Assembly: GCA_030833525.1 (NCBI GenBank) | Contig: JAURGZ010000001.1 | Location: 538-64,537, forward strand | DNA length: 64,000 nucleotides | Direction of reading: 5' to 3' | Origin: Bacteroidota bacterium | GTDB taxonomy: Bacteria; Bacteroidota; Bacteroidia; NS11-12g; UBA955 | In this document: positions 50,206 to 59,253 of the stretch, in pieces | Layout of the letters: every line of letters begins with the position of its first letter | How positions within the stretch are numbered: position 1 is the stretch's first letter | Notes under the pieces: model-generated | What the model was told of the DNA's origin: nothing | The model's input: only the letters and a program-made list of their open reading frames with translations | The model's database searches: none | Translations under genes and position numbers: made by a program

Positions 50206-52827
50206 ATGGAATTATCGGCGAAATACAGTCCCAATGAAATAGAAGGCAAGTGGTACAGCTATTGGCTGGAGCAGCGTTTGTTTGAATCAAAGCCCGATCA
50301 TCGCAAACCCTACACCGTGGTGATACCCCCTCCCAATGTAACAGGGGTGTTGCACATGGGCCATATGTTGAACAACACCATTCAAGATGTATTGGTTCGA
50401 CGTGCGCGCATGAAGGGCTTCAATGCTTGTTGGGTGCCGGGAACCGATCATGCCAGCATTGCAACAGAAGCCAAAGTTGTCAAGTTGTTGGCTTCGCAAG
50501 GCATTCAAAAGAAAGACCTCAGCCGTGAAGACTTTCTGAAACACGCCTGGGATTGGAAAGAGAAATACGGGGGCATCATTCTGGAACAGTTGAAAAAGTT
50601 GGGATCCAGCTGCGATTGGTCCCGCACACGCTTTACCATGGAGCCCAGTCTGTATCAAGCGGTGGTTGATGTTTTCGTTGATCTGTACCAAAAAGGGTTG
50701 ATTTACCGCGGTACCAAAATGGTGAATTGGGATCCTGAGGGTTTGACCACATTAAGCGACGAAGAGGTTATTTTCAGAGAGCAGTACGACCAATTGTATT
50801 ACGTCAAATACGAAGGTGTTGACTTTGATGGGTCGTTACAGGTTGCCACTGCTCGCCCCGAAACCATAGCGGGCGACGTGGCAGTTTGCGTGCATCCCGA
50901 AGATGAACGCTACCAAAACTGGATCGGCAAAAAAGTACGGGTACCCCTGATCAATAGGGAAGTGGCTATCATAGCCGATGACTACATCGATCGCGAATTT
51001 GGAACCGGTGTTCTGAAAGTCACTCCGGCCCACGATATTCACGATTACGAAATCGGCCAGAAATTCCAATTGCCCATCATCGATACCTTGACCGAAGATG
51101 GACGAATCTCTGAGGCGGGTGCACGTTGCATAGGAATGGATCGATTCGAAGCCCGAAAGGTTTGGGTCGAGGACCTGAAGGCAGCAGGGCTGTTGGAAAA
51201 GACCGAAGATTACACCCACAACGTGGGATTCTCCGAGCGCACCGATGCCGTCGTAGAGCCTCGAATTTCAACCCAGTGGTTCCTGGACATGAAGAAATTC
51301 ATGGAAAAGAACCCCGAGGTGCTCAGTTCGGTGATGAGCGATGAGGTTCGATTCTTTCCTGAAAAATTGAAAAATACCTACCGCCATTGGATGGAGAATG
51401 TACGCGATTGGAACATTTCTCGTCAGTTGTGGTGGGGCCATCGCATTCCGGCCTGGTATAGTCCTGATGGGGAATTCGTGGTAGCGGCCACCGCTGAACA
51501 AGCTCAAGCTGAGTTTGCAAACAAAGGCAAGTCCATTCATGTCCATGATTTGGTTCAAGACCCCGATGTACTCGATACTTGGTTCAGCAGCTGGCTGTGG
51601 CCCATATCGGTATTCGATGGAATAGGAGCCAACGCTGACCGCAGCGAGCTCGATTATTATTACCCCACCCAGGATTTGGTCACCGGGCCCGATATATTGT
51701 TCTTTTGGGTGGCTCGCATGATCATGGCCGGCTATGAGTTTGAAGGGAAGAAGCCTTTTGAAAACGTGTATTTCACAGGTCTGATTCGCGATAAACAACG
51801 CCGCAAAATGTCCAAGAGTCTGGGCAACAGTCCCGATGCCTTGGAATTGATTGAACGCTTTGGCGCCGATGCCGTTCGAATGGGATTGCTTCTTTGTGCA
51901 CCCGCTGGAAATGACATTTTGTTTGACGAGAGCCAGATTGAGCAGGGCCGAAATTTCTGCAATAAAATTTGGAACGCGTATCGCTTGGTTGAGATGTGGG
52001 AGCCAGTTGAAGTGGCTCAACGACCTTACGAGAAAGAAGCGGGTGACTGGTTTGAGAAACGCTTGAATTCAGCCCTTGCAGAGAACGAGCATCACTTTGG
52101 TCAATTCCGCTTAAGCGATGCCTTGATGAATCTCTATAAATTGGTATGGGATGACTTCTGCTCCGTATACTTAGAGGCCATTAAACCGGCTTATGGGGAG
52201 CGAATTTCTGAAACCGCATGGAATCAAGCGAGAGCCTATTTCGCAACCTTGGTTCGAGCTTTGCATCCCTTCATGCCCTTCATTACCGAAGAGTTGCACC
52301 ATGCCCTGCACGAGCAGAAACCCAGTGCAGCGTGTGCTGTGAGTGATTATCCGGTGGTGGAAGTACAGGTTCAAAACGACGCATTGGATCCCATGGCTAT
52401 GGTGAGTGAAGTGCGAAATTTGCGGGCACAAAAGGGGATTTCACCCAAAGAAGCCCTGGAGATTTGCATATTCGGGGATCCCGACCTCTTAAAAGGATAC
52501 GGCCATATGGTCTCCAAGATGGCCAACTGCACGGCAGTTTGGAACCCCAGTGATCGCCCCACGGGCGCAGCCTCATTCTTGGTGGGAACCTTAGAGGTTC
52601 TGGTCGCCTTAGGTCAATCTTTGGATGTAGAAGGAGAGAAGGAACGCATTCTGCAGGAAATGAATCGCTTGAAAGGCTTCTTGAAAGGAGTAGAATCCAA
52701 GCTCAACAACGAAAAGTTTGTTGCCAATGCCCAAGCTGATGTGGTGGAACGTGAGCGTCAAAAACAAAGCGATACCCTCACCAAGTTGAAAAACCTAGAA
52801 GGTCAATTGGCCGCCTTGGGTTCCTAG
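50206..52827 (+). CDS. valS: Valine--tRNA ligase
   Basis: PPPNVTGVLHMGH, GTDHASIATE, DWNISRQLWWGH, KMSKS and a C-terminal coiled coil. Confidence 0.97.
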   Translation: MELSAKYSPNEIEGKWYSYWLEQRLFESKPDHRKPYTVVIPPPNVTGVLHMGHMLNNTIQDVLVRRARMKGFNACWVPGTDHASIATEAKVVKLLASQGIQKKDLSREDFLKHAWDWKEKYGGIILEQLKKLGSSCDWSRTRFTMEPSLYQAVVDVFVDLYQKGLIYRGTKMVNWDPEGLTTLSDEEVIFREQYDQLYYVKYEGVDFDGSLQVATARPETIAGDVAVCVHPEDERYQNWIGKKVRVPLINREVAIIADDYIDREFGTGVLKVTPAHDIHDYEIGQKFQLPIIDTLTEDGRISEAGARCIGMDRFEARKVWVEDLKAAGLLEKTEDYTHNVGFSERTDAVVEPRISTQWFLDMKKFMEKNPEVLSSVMSDEVRFFPEKLKNTYRHWMENVRDWNISRQLWWGHRIPAWYSPDGEFVVAATAEQAQAEFANKGKSIHVHDLVQDPDVLDTWFSSWLWPISVFDGIGANADRSELDYYYPTQDLVTGPDILFFWVARMIMAGYEFEGKKPFENVYFTGLIRDKQRRKMSKSLGNSPDALELIERFGADAVRMGLLLCAPAGNDILFDESQIEQGRNFCNKIWNAYRLVEMWEPVEVAQRPYEKEAGDWFEKRLNSALAENEHHFGQFRLSDALMNLYKLVWDDFCSVYLEAIKPAYGERISETAWNQARAYFATLVRALHPFMPFITEELHHALHEQKPSAACAVSDYPVVEVQVQNDALDPMAMVSEVRNLRAQKGISPKEALEICIFGDPDLLKGYGHMVSKMANCTAVWNPSDRPTGAASFLVGTLEVLVALGQSLDVEGEKERILQEMNRLKGFLKGVESKLNNEKFVANAQADVVERERQKQSDTLTKLKNLEGQLAALGS

Positions 52828-52830
52828 TAT

Positions 52831-52860
52831 AAAAAAAGGAGGGCAAAGCCCTCCTTTTTT
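52831..52860. terminator. Bidirectional intrinsic terminator
   Basis: aaaaaaaggagggc-aaa-gccctcctttttt between convergent genes. Confidence 0.9.
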
Positions 52861-52878
52861 GCAATACCATCCATATTG

Positions 52879-54213
52879 CTATTGCCGGGTTTGAAGATGG
52901 GCGATGTGGTATTCGCCTAATTTCATTCCCTGATCGCGTCCATGAACGATGGCATCGCGAAAGTGAATGCCTCCGTACAAACGGCTGAAGCAAGCTTCTT
53001 TGGCCGCTGCATGGAAATTGGCAAATGCTCGCGTTCCCAGTCCAAACTCCATTTCAGCGCTGTCAATGTAGCTGACTTCACCAAAAATATCGGTTAGAAT
53101 GGTGGCGGCTGCACCAGATACCACACTGTGTGCACTGGGGTACTCAGGAAAAGAGGGTGTTTGAATGGCGGGAGACCAAGCCGAATCCCAATGGTTGCGA
53201 ATGACGGTCTCAGGCCGAATGTACTCGTATTTGTATTTGGCTTTGAAAGCCATGATGAAGGCATCGTACACAGCTGCAGACAATCGAACCATGCCTTCAG
53301 CCGATTCCATAAGAGTCAAGTGTTGGTTGCGCGCAACGGTGCTGTAAGTGGAAAGCCAATGACCCAAAGGACTCACTTTCAATATGTTGATGGTGGCATG
53401 GCCGTAATGTACGGTGGCATTTGGGTTGTCGTCCCAGTATTTAGCCATGCGCAAGCCATTGCTGTCCAAATGAGAAACCGTGTCTTTTACTTCTTGTGCC
53501 TGCATCATGTAAGCCGAAGTTGGATCGGTTGAATAGGGTGCCGGTCCTGGCAGGGGAATGAATTCAGCATCGGGAGCCAAGCTAGGCCTGATTTTGCCCC
53601 AGTTGGGTTCTACCGCGTCTGAAAAGTTGGGAGAGGTGGGTTGCCAGTATCCAGGAGCATTCTTGGCGAGGTAATATTCCTTGCCTCGGTAGTAGTTAAA
53701 AGAGTCGCTTTTTGACCATTCGACAATTTGTTTGCCTACTTCTTCTCCCCATGCCACAGAATTGTTGAACACTTTGGAACTCAATTGCTTTTTGTAGAAG
53801 GCGAGTTGCCGGTCTCTGAAATTGGCAATGCTGTCTTCTTTGTAGACCAAGGCCTTAGATGTATAAGTATGGGCAGCTATGGCCACCAAATCCAAGCAAA
53901 AATCTTGACTGGTGTCCAAGCTTAGGTTTAGGGCGGGCAAATCGTGCAACTGACCGGCTAGGCTTTTTTGTTCAGGATAAAACGGCACCAATGATTCGTA
54001 AGCCGCGACGGCAGCATAGAAATAACGACGTCCACCCACGGGAGGGGGAACACGGTCTACTACCACTGCATTTTGAATGGCGATGTTGCAATCGCTCAGG
54101 GCATCGTGGTTGAGAATAGATCGGTGTTCAGTAGGTTCTTGGTTGCAACTGGGCGCTAAAAATGCCGCGCTCATGGCTAACAATAGGCCTAATCTGTATT
54201 GGAATTTCATCAT
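52879..54213 (-). CDS. Vanadium-dependent haloperoxidase / PAP2-superfamily lipoprotein
   Basis: Lipobox-like LAPSC. Active-site motifs KYKYEYIRP, PEYPSAHS and SRLYGGIHF. Confidence 0.85.
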   Translation of the reverse strand: MMKFQYRLGLLLAMSAAFLAPSCNQEPTEHRSILNHDALSDCNIAIQNAVVVDRVPPPVGGRRYFYAAVAAYESLVPFYPEQKSLAGQLHDLPALNLSLDTSQDFCLDLVAIAAHTYTSKALVYKEDSIANFRDRQLAFYKKQLSSKVFNNSVAWGEEVGKQIVEWSKSDSFNYYRGKEYYLAKNAPGYWQPTSPNFSDAVEPNWGKIRPSLAPDAEFIPLPGPAPYSTDPTSAYMMQAQEVKDTVSHLDSNGLRMAKYWDDNPNATVHYGHATINILKVSPLGHWLSTYSTVARNQHLTLMESAEGMVRLSAAVYDAFIMAFKAKYKYEYIRPETVIRNHWDSAWSPAIQTPSFPEYPSAHSVVSGAAATILTDIFGEVSYIDSAEMEFGLGTRAFANFHAAAKEACFSRLYGGIHFRDAIVHGRDQGMKLGEYHIAHLQTRQ

Positions 54214-54236
54214 AGGAACGTAAAAATACAACAATT

Positions 54237-54268
54237 AAAAAAGGCCTCAGCAATCGCTGAGGCCCTAT
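54237..54268 (-). terminator. Intrinsic terminator of the small basic ORF
   Basis: GGCCTCAGCG-at-TGCTGAGGCC followed by TTTTTT on the - strand. Confidence 0.8.
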
Positions 54269-54299
54269 TTGAAATTTGGTTTCGTTCTAAATTGCAGGA

Positions 54300-54449
54300 T
54301 TATGCCTGGTCTTCGATCACGATTCCTGACTCGCCTTTGTAGGGAGACTGAATCTGAACGAACGTCTTAAGGCGCTTGATATCAGCAACTCGCTTAGAAG
54401 AGCGGCTGCGGTTTTTTGCTTCTTTTCTTTTCAAACGTGTAACGGCCAT
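54300..54449 (-). CDS. Small basic protein, 49 aa (MAVTRLKRKEAKNRSRSSKRVADIKRLKTFVQIQSPYKGESGIVIEDQA), not in the supplied ORF track
   Basis: ATG at 54449 to TAA at 54300. TATATTTG promoter at 54465-54472 and a terminator downstream. Fills an otherwise empty intergenic gap. Confidence 0.8.
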   Translation of the reverse strand: MAVTRLKRKEAKNRSRSSKRVADIKRLKTFVQIQSPYKGESGIVIEDQA

Positions 54450-54475
54450 AACCTTATTTTGGTGCAAATATAGGG

Positions 54476-57400
54476 TCAATTCTTTACTGTGTCAAGTGTT
54501 TTGCCTTGAGCATTCACGAATTCTACCTTTTCCACGCTGGGATTGATCCAAACCCCAGGATACGAGCTGCTGAGATAGCCATTGCCTGCACTCAAATTGA
54601 CCTTTCTTTTGCCACCAACCTTCAGATAAACCCAAGCGTGTTGCGCATCTTTAGGTGCTCGTAAAAATCGATGAGTGCTTTTGGGACTCATGAAACTCAG
54701 CGCTTTGTTGTCGTTTTGGCCGGCCAGGAAAATAGGGCCGCTGGTACCGGGGACCACCAATAAACTGCGTCCGTCACCCGGAACATAAAAGCCGCATTGG
54801 GCCCCATTTTCTGCAATCCACTGGGTTGGAGATTCTTGCTGATTCCACAATACAAAACCATTCAGGGCATCGTCCTTTCCGTGTTGGACTCGGGTAGAAG
54901 CATTGTTTCCAATGGCTAGAATATCTTCGAATCCGTCGGCATTCAAATCCAGGCTGGCCAGGCCATATAAAGGACCTGCTTGCGTCTCCCAAGGAAGCGA
55001 TTCAATTCTGAATTTCCCACCCTCATTGACGGCCACAAAGTGGTCAAAATAATTGGCCAACTGATATCGTTCCAGGTTTTCTTGGCCGAATATTTCCACA
55101 ATGTCTTTGTTCGCGATGTCTTTGTAGGTGGTGAAATGCTTATTCATGAAGCCGGGATAAGCCCTAGCCATCTCCTCGAGTTGATACAGGGTATATTCCT
55201 TGCCTTGGCGCACTTTGCCAAAGAACATATCCATGCTGCCGTTTTGATCCAAATCGGTGTAATACACCTTCAAGGGTTCTTCTTGGGTAGCTTGTATGAA
55301 ACTGTTTCGACCCTTATTGCCCACGACCACATCCAGATCTCCGTCGTTGTCAATGTCAATCGGCAATAGGCTATTGATCCAACCCGAATGCTGATCCAGG
55401 CCCCAGCTGGCGGTCGCGTTTTCAAAGCCATTACCCTTGTTGAGCAGCAGCACCAACGGGGTGTATTCCCCCGCTAATAACAAATCGAGTTTATTGTCTC
55501 CGTTGCAATCAGCAAAGGCGGCGGTGCAAACCATGCCTGCATTCGCCAGGGCAGGATACCAAGCTGAAGTCACATCGGTGAATCGACCTTGATCGTTTCT
55601 CAACAGGTAACTGCGAATGTCAATTTGGGGGTAGAAGCCAGGCATGACTCGGCCACCCACGAACAGGTCCCAATCTCCATCGCCGTCCATGTCTCCCGAG
55701 ATGACACAGGAGCCGCTGTTGAGCACGCGCGGAAGTCGCTCGCTTTGGTTGCTGAATTCACCACGGCCATTGTTGATGTATAAGCGGTGAGCATACTGAT
55801 CACTGGGCCAAGAATATTCGCTTCCACCTGCAGCCACGTAAAAATCAAGGTCGCCGTCGTTGTCAGCATCAAAGAAAAGGCATCCTGTAATGTCGACGTC
55901 CATGCCTTGCAACAGGGATTGTGCAGATTGCGCTTTGAACCGGCCACTTTTGTCTTGAATGAAGAAACTGGCTGCAGGTGCCTGATTGGGAACCCCGGTT
56001 CGGGCATTGGCAATGAAGATGTCTTCCAAACCGTCGCCATTGATGTCACCACTGCACATGCCAGGGCCGAGTCGTGTAAAACGATGGGGTAGCAAGGGCT
56101 CGCGTTTGAAATCGGGGTTTTCTTGTTCGCGGTGCCAGAATTCCAAGCCCAAATCAGCCGCCGTGAACCATTGATCACCTTGTTTTTCTCGGAATTCGCG
56201 TGGCTGTGCCTTGTCGTCGGTAACGGTCCAGAATCCTGAAGTTGGAATTTCTGAACTGCTCCAAGCACTTCCGTTGGGGAAAAAACAAACCACACTGTCA
56301 ACCTGTACAGGGCTGATGAACAAACAGGGTTGTGAAGAACTTTGGTAGCCATGGGCCGAATTGAGCTCCATGATTTGTGTTTGATTGCCCCTGTGAATCA
56401 AAACTTTGGTTCCATAGCCCATGCGATTGCTCTTGCTCAAATTGAACTGGAGCTTGACCAAAGTGGGCTTGGGATTCAGGTTGTTTTGGTAAACCGACAA
56501 TGGAGAACCTTGGTTGCAAATGATCAAATCAGCATCGCCATCTCCATCCAAATCTCCGTAAGCTGAACCGGTGCTCAAAGAGGGTTCTTCCAAACCCCAA
56601 GTTTCGGTGACTTTCTCAAATCCTTTACCTTTTTGGTTGAGGAAGGCATAGTTGCTGATCTTTTCAAAAGGCAACATGGACAAAAGCTCTTCATGCGTAA
56701 CCCCTTTGCCCTCTTGCTGTTGTTTTCGGTTTTGAAACAGCATGAAGTCTTGGTCGGTAACGTCGCGGTAATAGCCATTGGTGATGTGCAAATCTTGGTA
56801 ACCATCTCCGTCAAAGTCTACGAACAAGGGCGACCAACTCCAATCAGTTCTCGCGATGCCGAATAAATAAGCTTCATCGCTGAATGCACCTTGCCCGTGG
56901 TTGATCTGCAGGGCGTTTTTCATATACTGATACCCATAGCCATTTTTAAAGCCCACCATGGTGTAGTCGTAATCTTTGGGCCCTCCCATGGTCATGAAAC
57001 GGCGCTGGTCATCGGCGAGCATATCGACCGATAGAAAATCGAGTTTTCCATCGTTGTTGATGTCAGCTTGGTCGCTGCCCATGCTGTTGTTGCTCGTATG
57101 CTTGAAGCGTTGCGCATTTTCATCGACAAACCCACCCTGTTGGTTATTGATCAGCACGTAATCAGGAACATGGTAGTCGTTGCAGACGTATATGTCATCC
57201 CATCCGTCGGCGTTGATGTCAAAAACAGTAGCACTCAGTGCATACCCCATTGCTTTTACTCCCGCTTCTTCACTCACATCTTGGAAATGCCCGCCATCGT
57301 TTCGGTATAAATGCTGTTGGCTGTTGTCGTCCAATCGAAAGGTTTTGCTAAAACGAATGTCGACATCGCTGAAAAACCGATCGGCGTGATTGGCCACATA

Positions 57401-57967
57401 CAAATCCAAGTCGCCATCTCGATCGTAATCCAAAAAACTAGCCGTTGTGGCATTGCCTGGGTCATCCAATCCATAGGCCTTGGCTTCTTCTTTGAAATTC
57501 AAGTTTCCCTGATTGACGAATAACAAATTCCTTTTTTTATCTCCATTTTGCGATGGCCCAGATCGGCACACATAGATGTCCAATAAACCGTCGTTGTTGA
57601 CATCGGCAAAACTCACACCTGTGCACCATTCAGAGGTGCTAACACCAGCGGCCTCTGTGATGTCTTCGAACTGCATGTTACCCTTGTTGCGATACAGTCG
57701 CGATGAACTTGAATTGCCGCTTACGAATACTTCGGGTAAGCCATCGTTGTCCAAATCACCAATGCCTACACCATTGCCGTTGTACAAATAATGGTAGGTG
57801 AACTGGTTGAGGCTATCGTTTTCGGGAACTTCATTGGTGAAATCAATCCCCGTTTCGCTGGGACTGAGCAGTTCAAAGCGACCCTCTAAAGACGGTGAAC
57901 AACCTTGCATGCTCAACAGTCCCAGTGCCAGGGTACTGAGCAGGATGTGGGGTATATGTAGCTTCAT
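54476..57967 (-). CDS. VCBS/FG-GAP repeat lipoprotein (CRTAC1/ASPIC-UnbV-like)
   Basis: Lipobox MQGC, many D.N.DG.LD calcium-binding repeats, ETGIDF.N and GYQSS. Confidence 0.88.
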   Translation of the reverse strand: MKLHIPHILLSTLALGLLSMQGCSPSLEGRFELLSPSETGIDFTNEVPENDSLNQFTYHYLYNGNGVGIGDLDNDGLPEVFVSGNSSSSRLYRNKGNMQFEDITEAAGVSTSEWCTGVSFADVNNDGLLDIYVCRSGPSQNGDKKRNLLFVNQGNLNFKEEAKAYGLDDPGNATTASFLDYDRDGDLDLYVANHADRFFSDVDIRFSKTFRLDDNSQQHLYRNDGGHFQDVSEEAGVKAMGYALSATVFDINADGWDDIYVCNDYHVPDYVLINNQQGGFVDENAQRFKHTSNNSMGSDQADINNDGKLDFLSVDMLADDQRRFMTMGGPKDYDYTMVGFKNGYGYQYMKNALQINHGQGAFSDEAYLFGIARTDWSWSPLFVDFDGDGYQDLHITNGYYRDVTDQDFMLFQNRKQQQEGKGVTHEELLSMLPFEKISNYAFLNQKGKGFEKVTETWGLEEPSLSTGSAYGDLDGDGDADLIICNQGSPLSVYQNNLNPKPTLVKLQFNLSKSNRMGYGTKVLIHRGNQTQIMELNSAHGYQSSSQPCLFISPVQVDSVVCFFPNGSAWSSSEIPTSGFWTVTDDKAQPREFREKQGDQWFTAADLGLEFWHREQENPDFKREPLLPHRFTRLGPGMCSGDINGDGLEDIFIANARTGVPNQAPAASFFIQDKSGRFKAQSAQSLLQGMDVDITGCLFFDADNDGDLDFYVAAGGSEYSWPSDQYAHRLYINNGRGEFSNQSERLPRVLNSGSCVISGDMDGDGDWDLFVGGRVMPGFYPQIDIRSYLLRNDQGRFTDVTSAWYPALANAGMVCTAAFADCNGDNKLDLLLAGEYTPLVLLLNKGNGFENATASWGLDQHSGWINSLLPIDIDNDGDLDVVVGNKGRNSFIQATQEEPLKVYYTDLDQNGSMDMFFGKVRQGKEYTLYQLEEMARAYPGFMNKHFTTYKDIANKDIVEIFGQENLERYQLANYFDHFVAVNEGGKFRIESLPWETQAGPLYGLASLDLNADGFEDILAIGNNASTRVQHGKDDALNGFVLWNQQESPTQWIAENGAQCGFYVPGDGRSLLVVPGTSGPIFLAGQNDNKALSFMSPKSTHRFLRAPKDAQHAWVYLKVGGKRKVNLSAGNGYLSSSYPGVWINPSVEKVEFVNAQGKTLDTVKN

Positions 57968-57990
57968 GTGGGTAATTTACAAAATGGAGG

Positions 57991-59253
57991 TTACATGCGC
58001 TTCTGATCCATGCGCAAAAACAGGAAAAGCAGCAAGGTAAAGGCCCATAAACTGCTACCTCCGGCCGAAATAAAGGGCAGAGGAATGCCTATGACCGGTA
58101 CAATGCCTATGGTCATGCCGACATTGATGGCAAAGTGCACAAAGAATATGGAGGCGGCAGAATAGCCCATGACGCGCGCTGCCGTGGTGGTTTGTCGTTC
58201 GCTCAGAAAAACCAAGCGCATCAGCAATGAGCCGTAAATGAAAAAGAAAACCAATACCCCTAGCAGGCCCCATTCTTCTCCAATGGTGCAAAAAATAAAG
58301 TCGGTATGCTGCTCAGGAACAAATCCCATCTTGGTTTGGGTGCCTTCCATGAATCCACGGCCGCTGAATTCGCCCGCACCAATGGCGATTTTACTTTGTT
58401 CCAAATTGAACCCAACTCCCAAACGATCTTCCTTCAATTGGAGGACCAATTCAATTCGATCGCGTTGATATTGCTGAAGAATTTGGTTGTAAAACCAACC
58501 AATGGTGGCCGAGTATACCAATGAAACCACGAGAATCATCAGGGTTAATCTCACTAGGTTCTTGTTTGATCGTGTAAAATAGATAAATAAGCTAGCCAGG
58601 CCAGCCAATATGCCATATTCGTACCAGTACGAGACCCCAAGGCTTTCCAAATAGATTTTGATGATGGCCAGAAAGCCGAGCCAAACAGCCGAGATCAAGA
58701 TGAATCCAGGAAGGCCTTCCCGATAGAGCATGAAAAAGAAAGCCGTGAATACCAAGGCACTACCTGTATCGTTCTGTAGCAGAATCAGGCCCATGGGTAG
58801 CAAGAAAAGCAACAGGGCGATGGTAACGTTTTTCCACCCTTTGAAGCGCACCCCGTAGGTTCCCAAGAATTTGCTCAAAGCTAGGGCCGTGGCTACTTTG
58901 GCAAATTCAGAGGGCTGAATGCCGAAACCACCATATCCAAACCAACTTTTGGCTCCCGCTACCTCTTTGCCCAAAAACAAAACGGCAATGTTCAAGGCAA
59001 TGGCCAAACCATAGAACCCGTAGGCGAAATAATCCATGAGCCTAACATTGGCATAAGCTATGAACAAGGCCAGTAGGCCAGCAGAGGCTATAAAAACCAG
59101 TTGTTTGCGAGCCACAGTAGAAAGCGACAACCATTCTTGGTCAACACCGGCCGATGCCGAATATATGTTGATGAATCCAATCAAAACCAACCCGATATAC
59201 GCCAGCAGGGCGATGGGGTCCAAGCGATTCTCTATGCTTTGTTTGAAGGGCAT
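57991..59253 (-). CDS. rodA: Rod shape-determining protein RodA
   Basis: GIQPSEFAK, QNDTGSA, PEQHTDFIF and GIPLPFISAGGSS. Confidence 0.95.
   Translation of the reverse strand: MPFKQSIENRLDPIALLAYIGLVLIGFINIYSASAGVDQEWLSLSTVARKQLVFIASAGLLALFIAYANVRLMDYFAYGFYGLAIALNIAVLFLGKEVAGAKSWFGYGGFGIQPSEFAKVATALALSKFLGTYGVRFKGWKNVTIALLLFLLPMGLILLQNDTGSALVFTAFFFMLYREGLPGFILISAVWLGFLAIIKIYLESLGVSYWYEYGILAGLASLFIYFTRSNKNLVRLTLMILVVSLVYSATIGWFYNQILQQYQRDRIELVLQLKEDRLGVGFNLEQSKIAIGAGEFSGRGFMEGTQTKMGFVPEQHTDFIFCTIGEEWGLLGVLVFFFIYGSLLMRLVFLSERQTTTAARVMGYSAASIFFVHFAINVGMTIGIVPVIGIPLPFISAGGSSLWAFTLLLFLFLRMDQKRM

Noticed and set aside
50206-52827. Functional link between valS and tRNA-Val in the same window
   Set aside because: They are 23 kb apart with unrelated genes between them, and valS has no T-box-like leader; likely coincidence.
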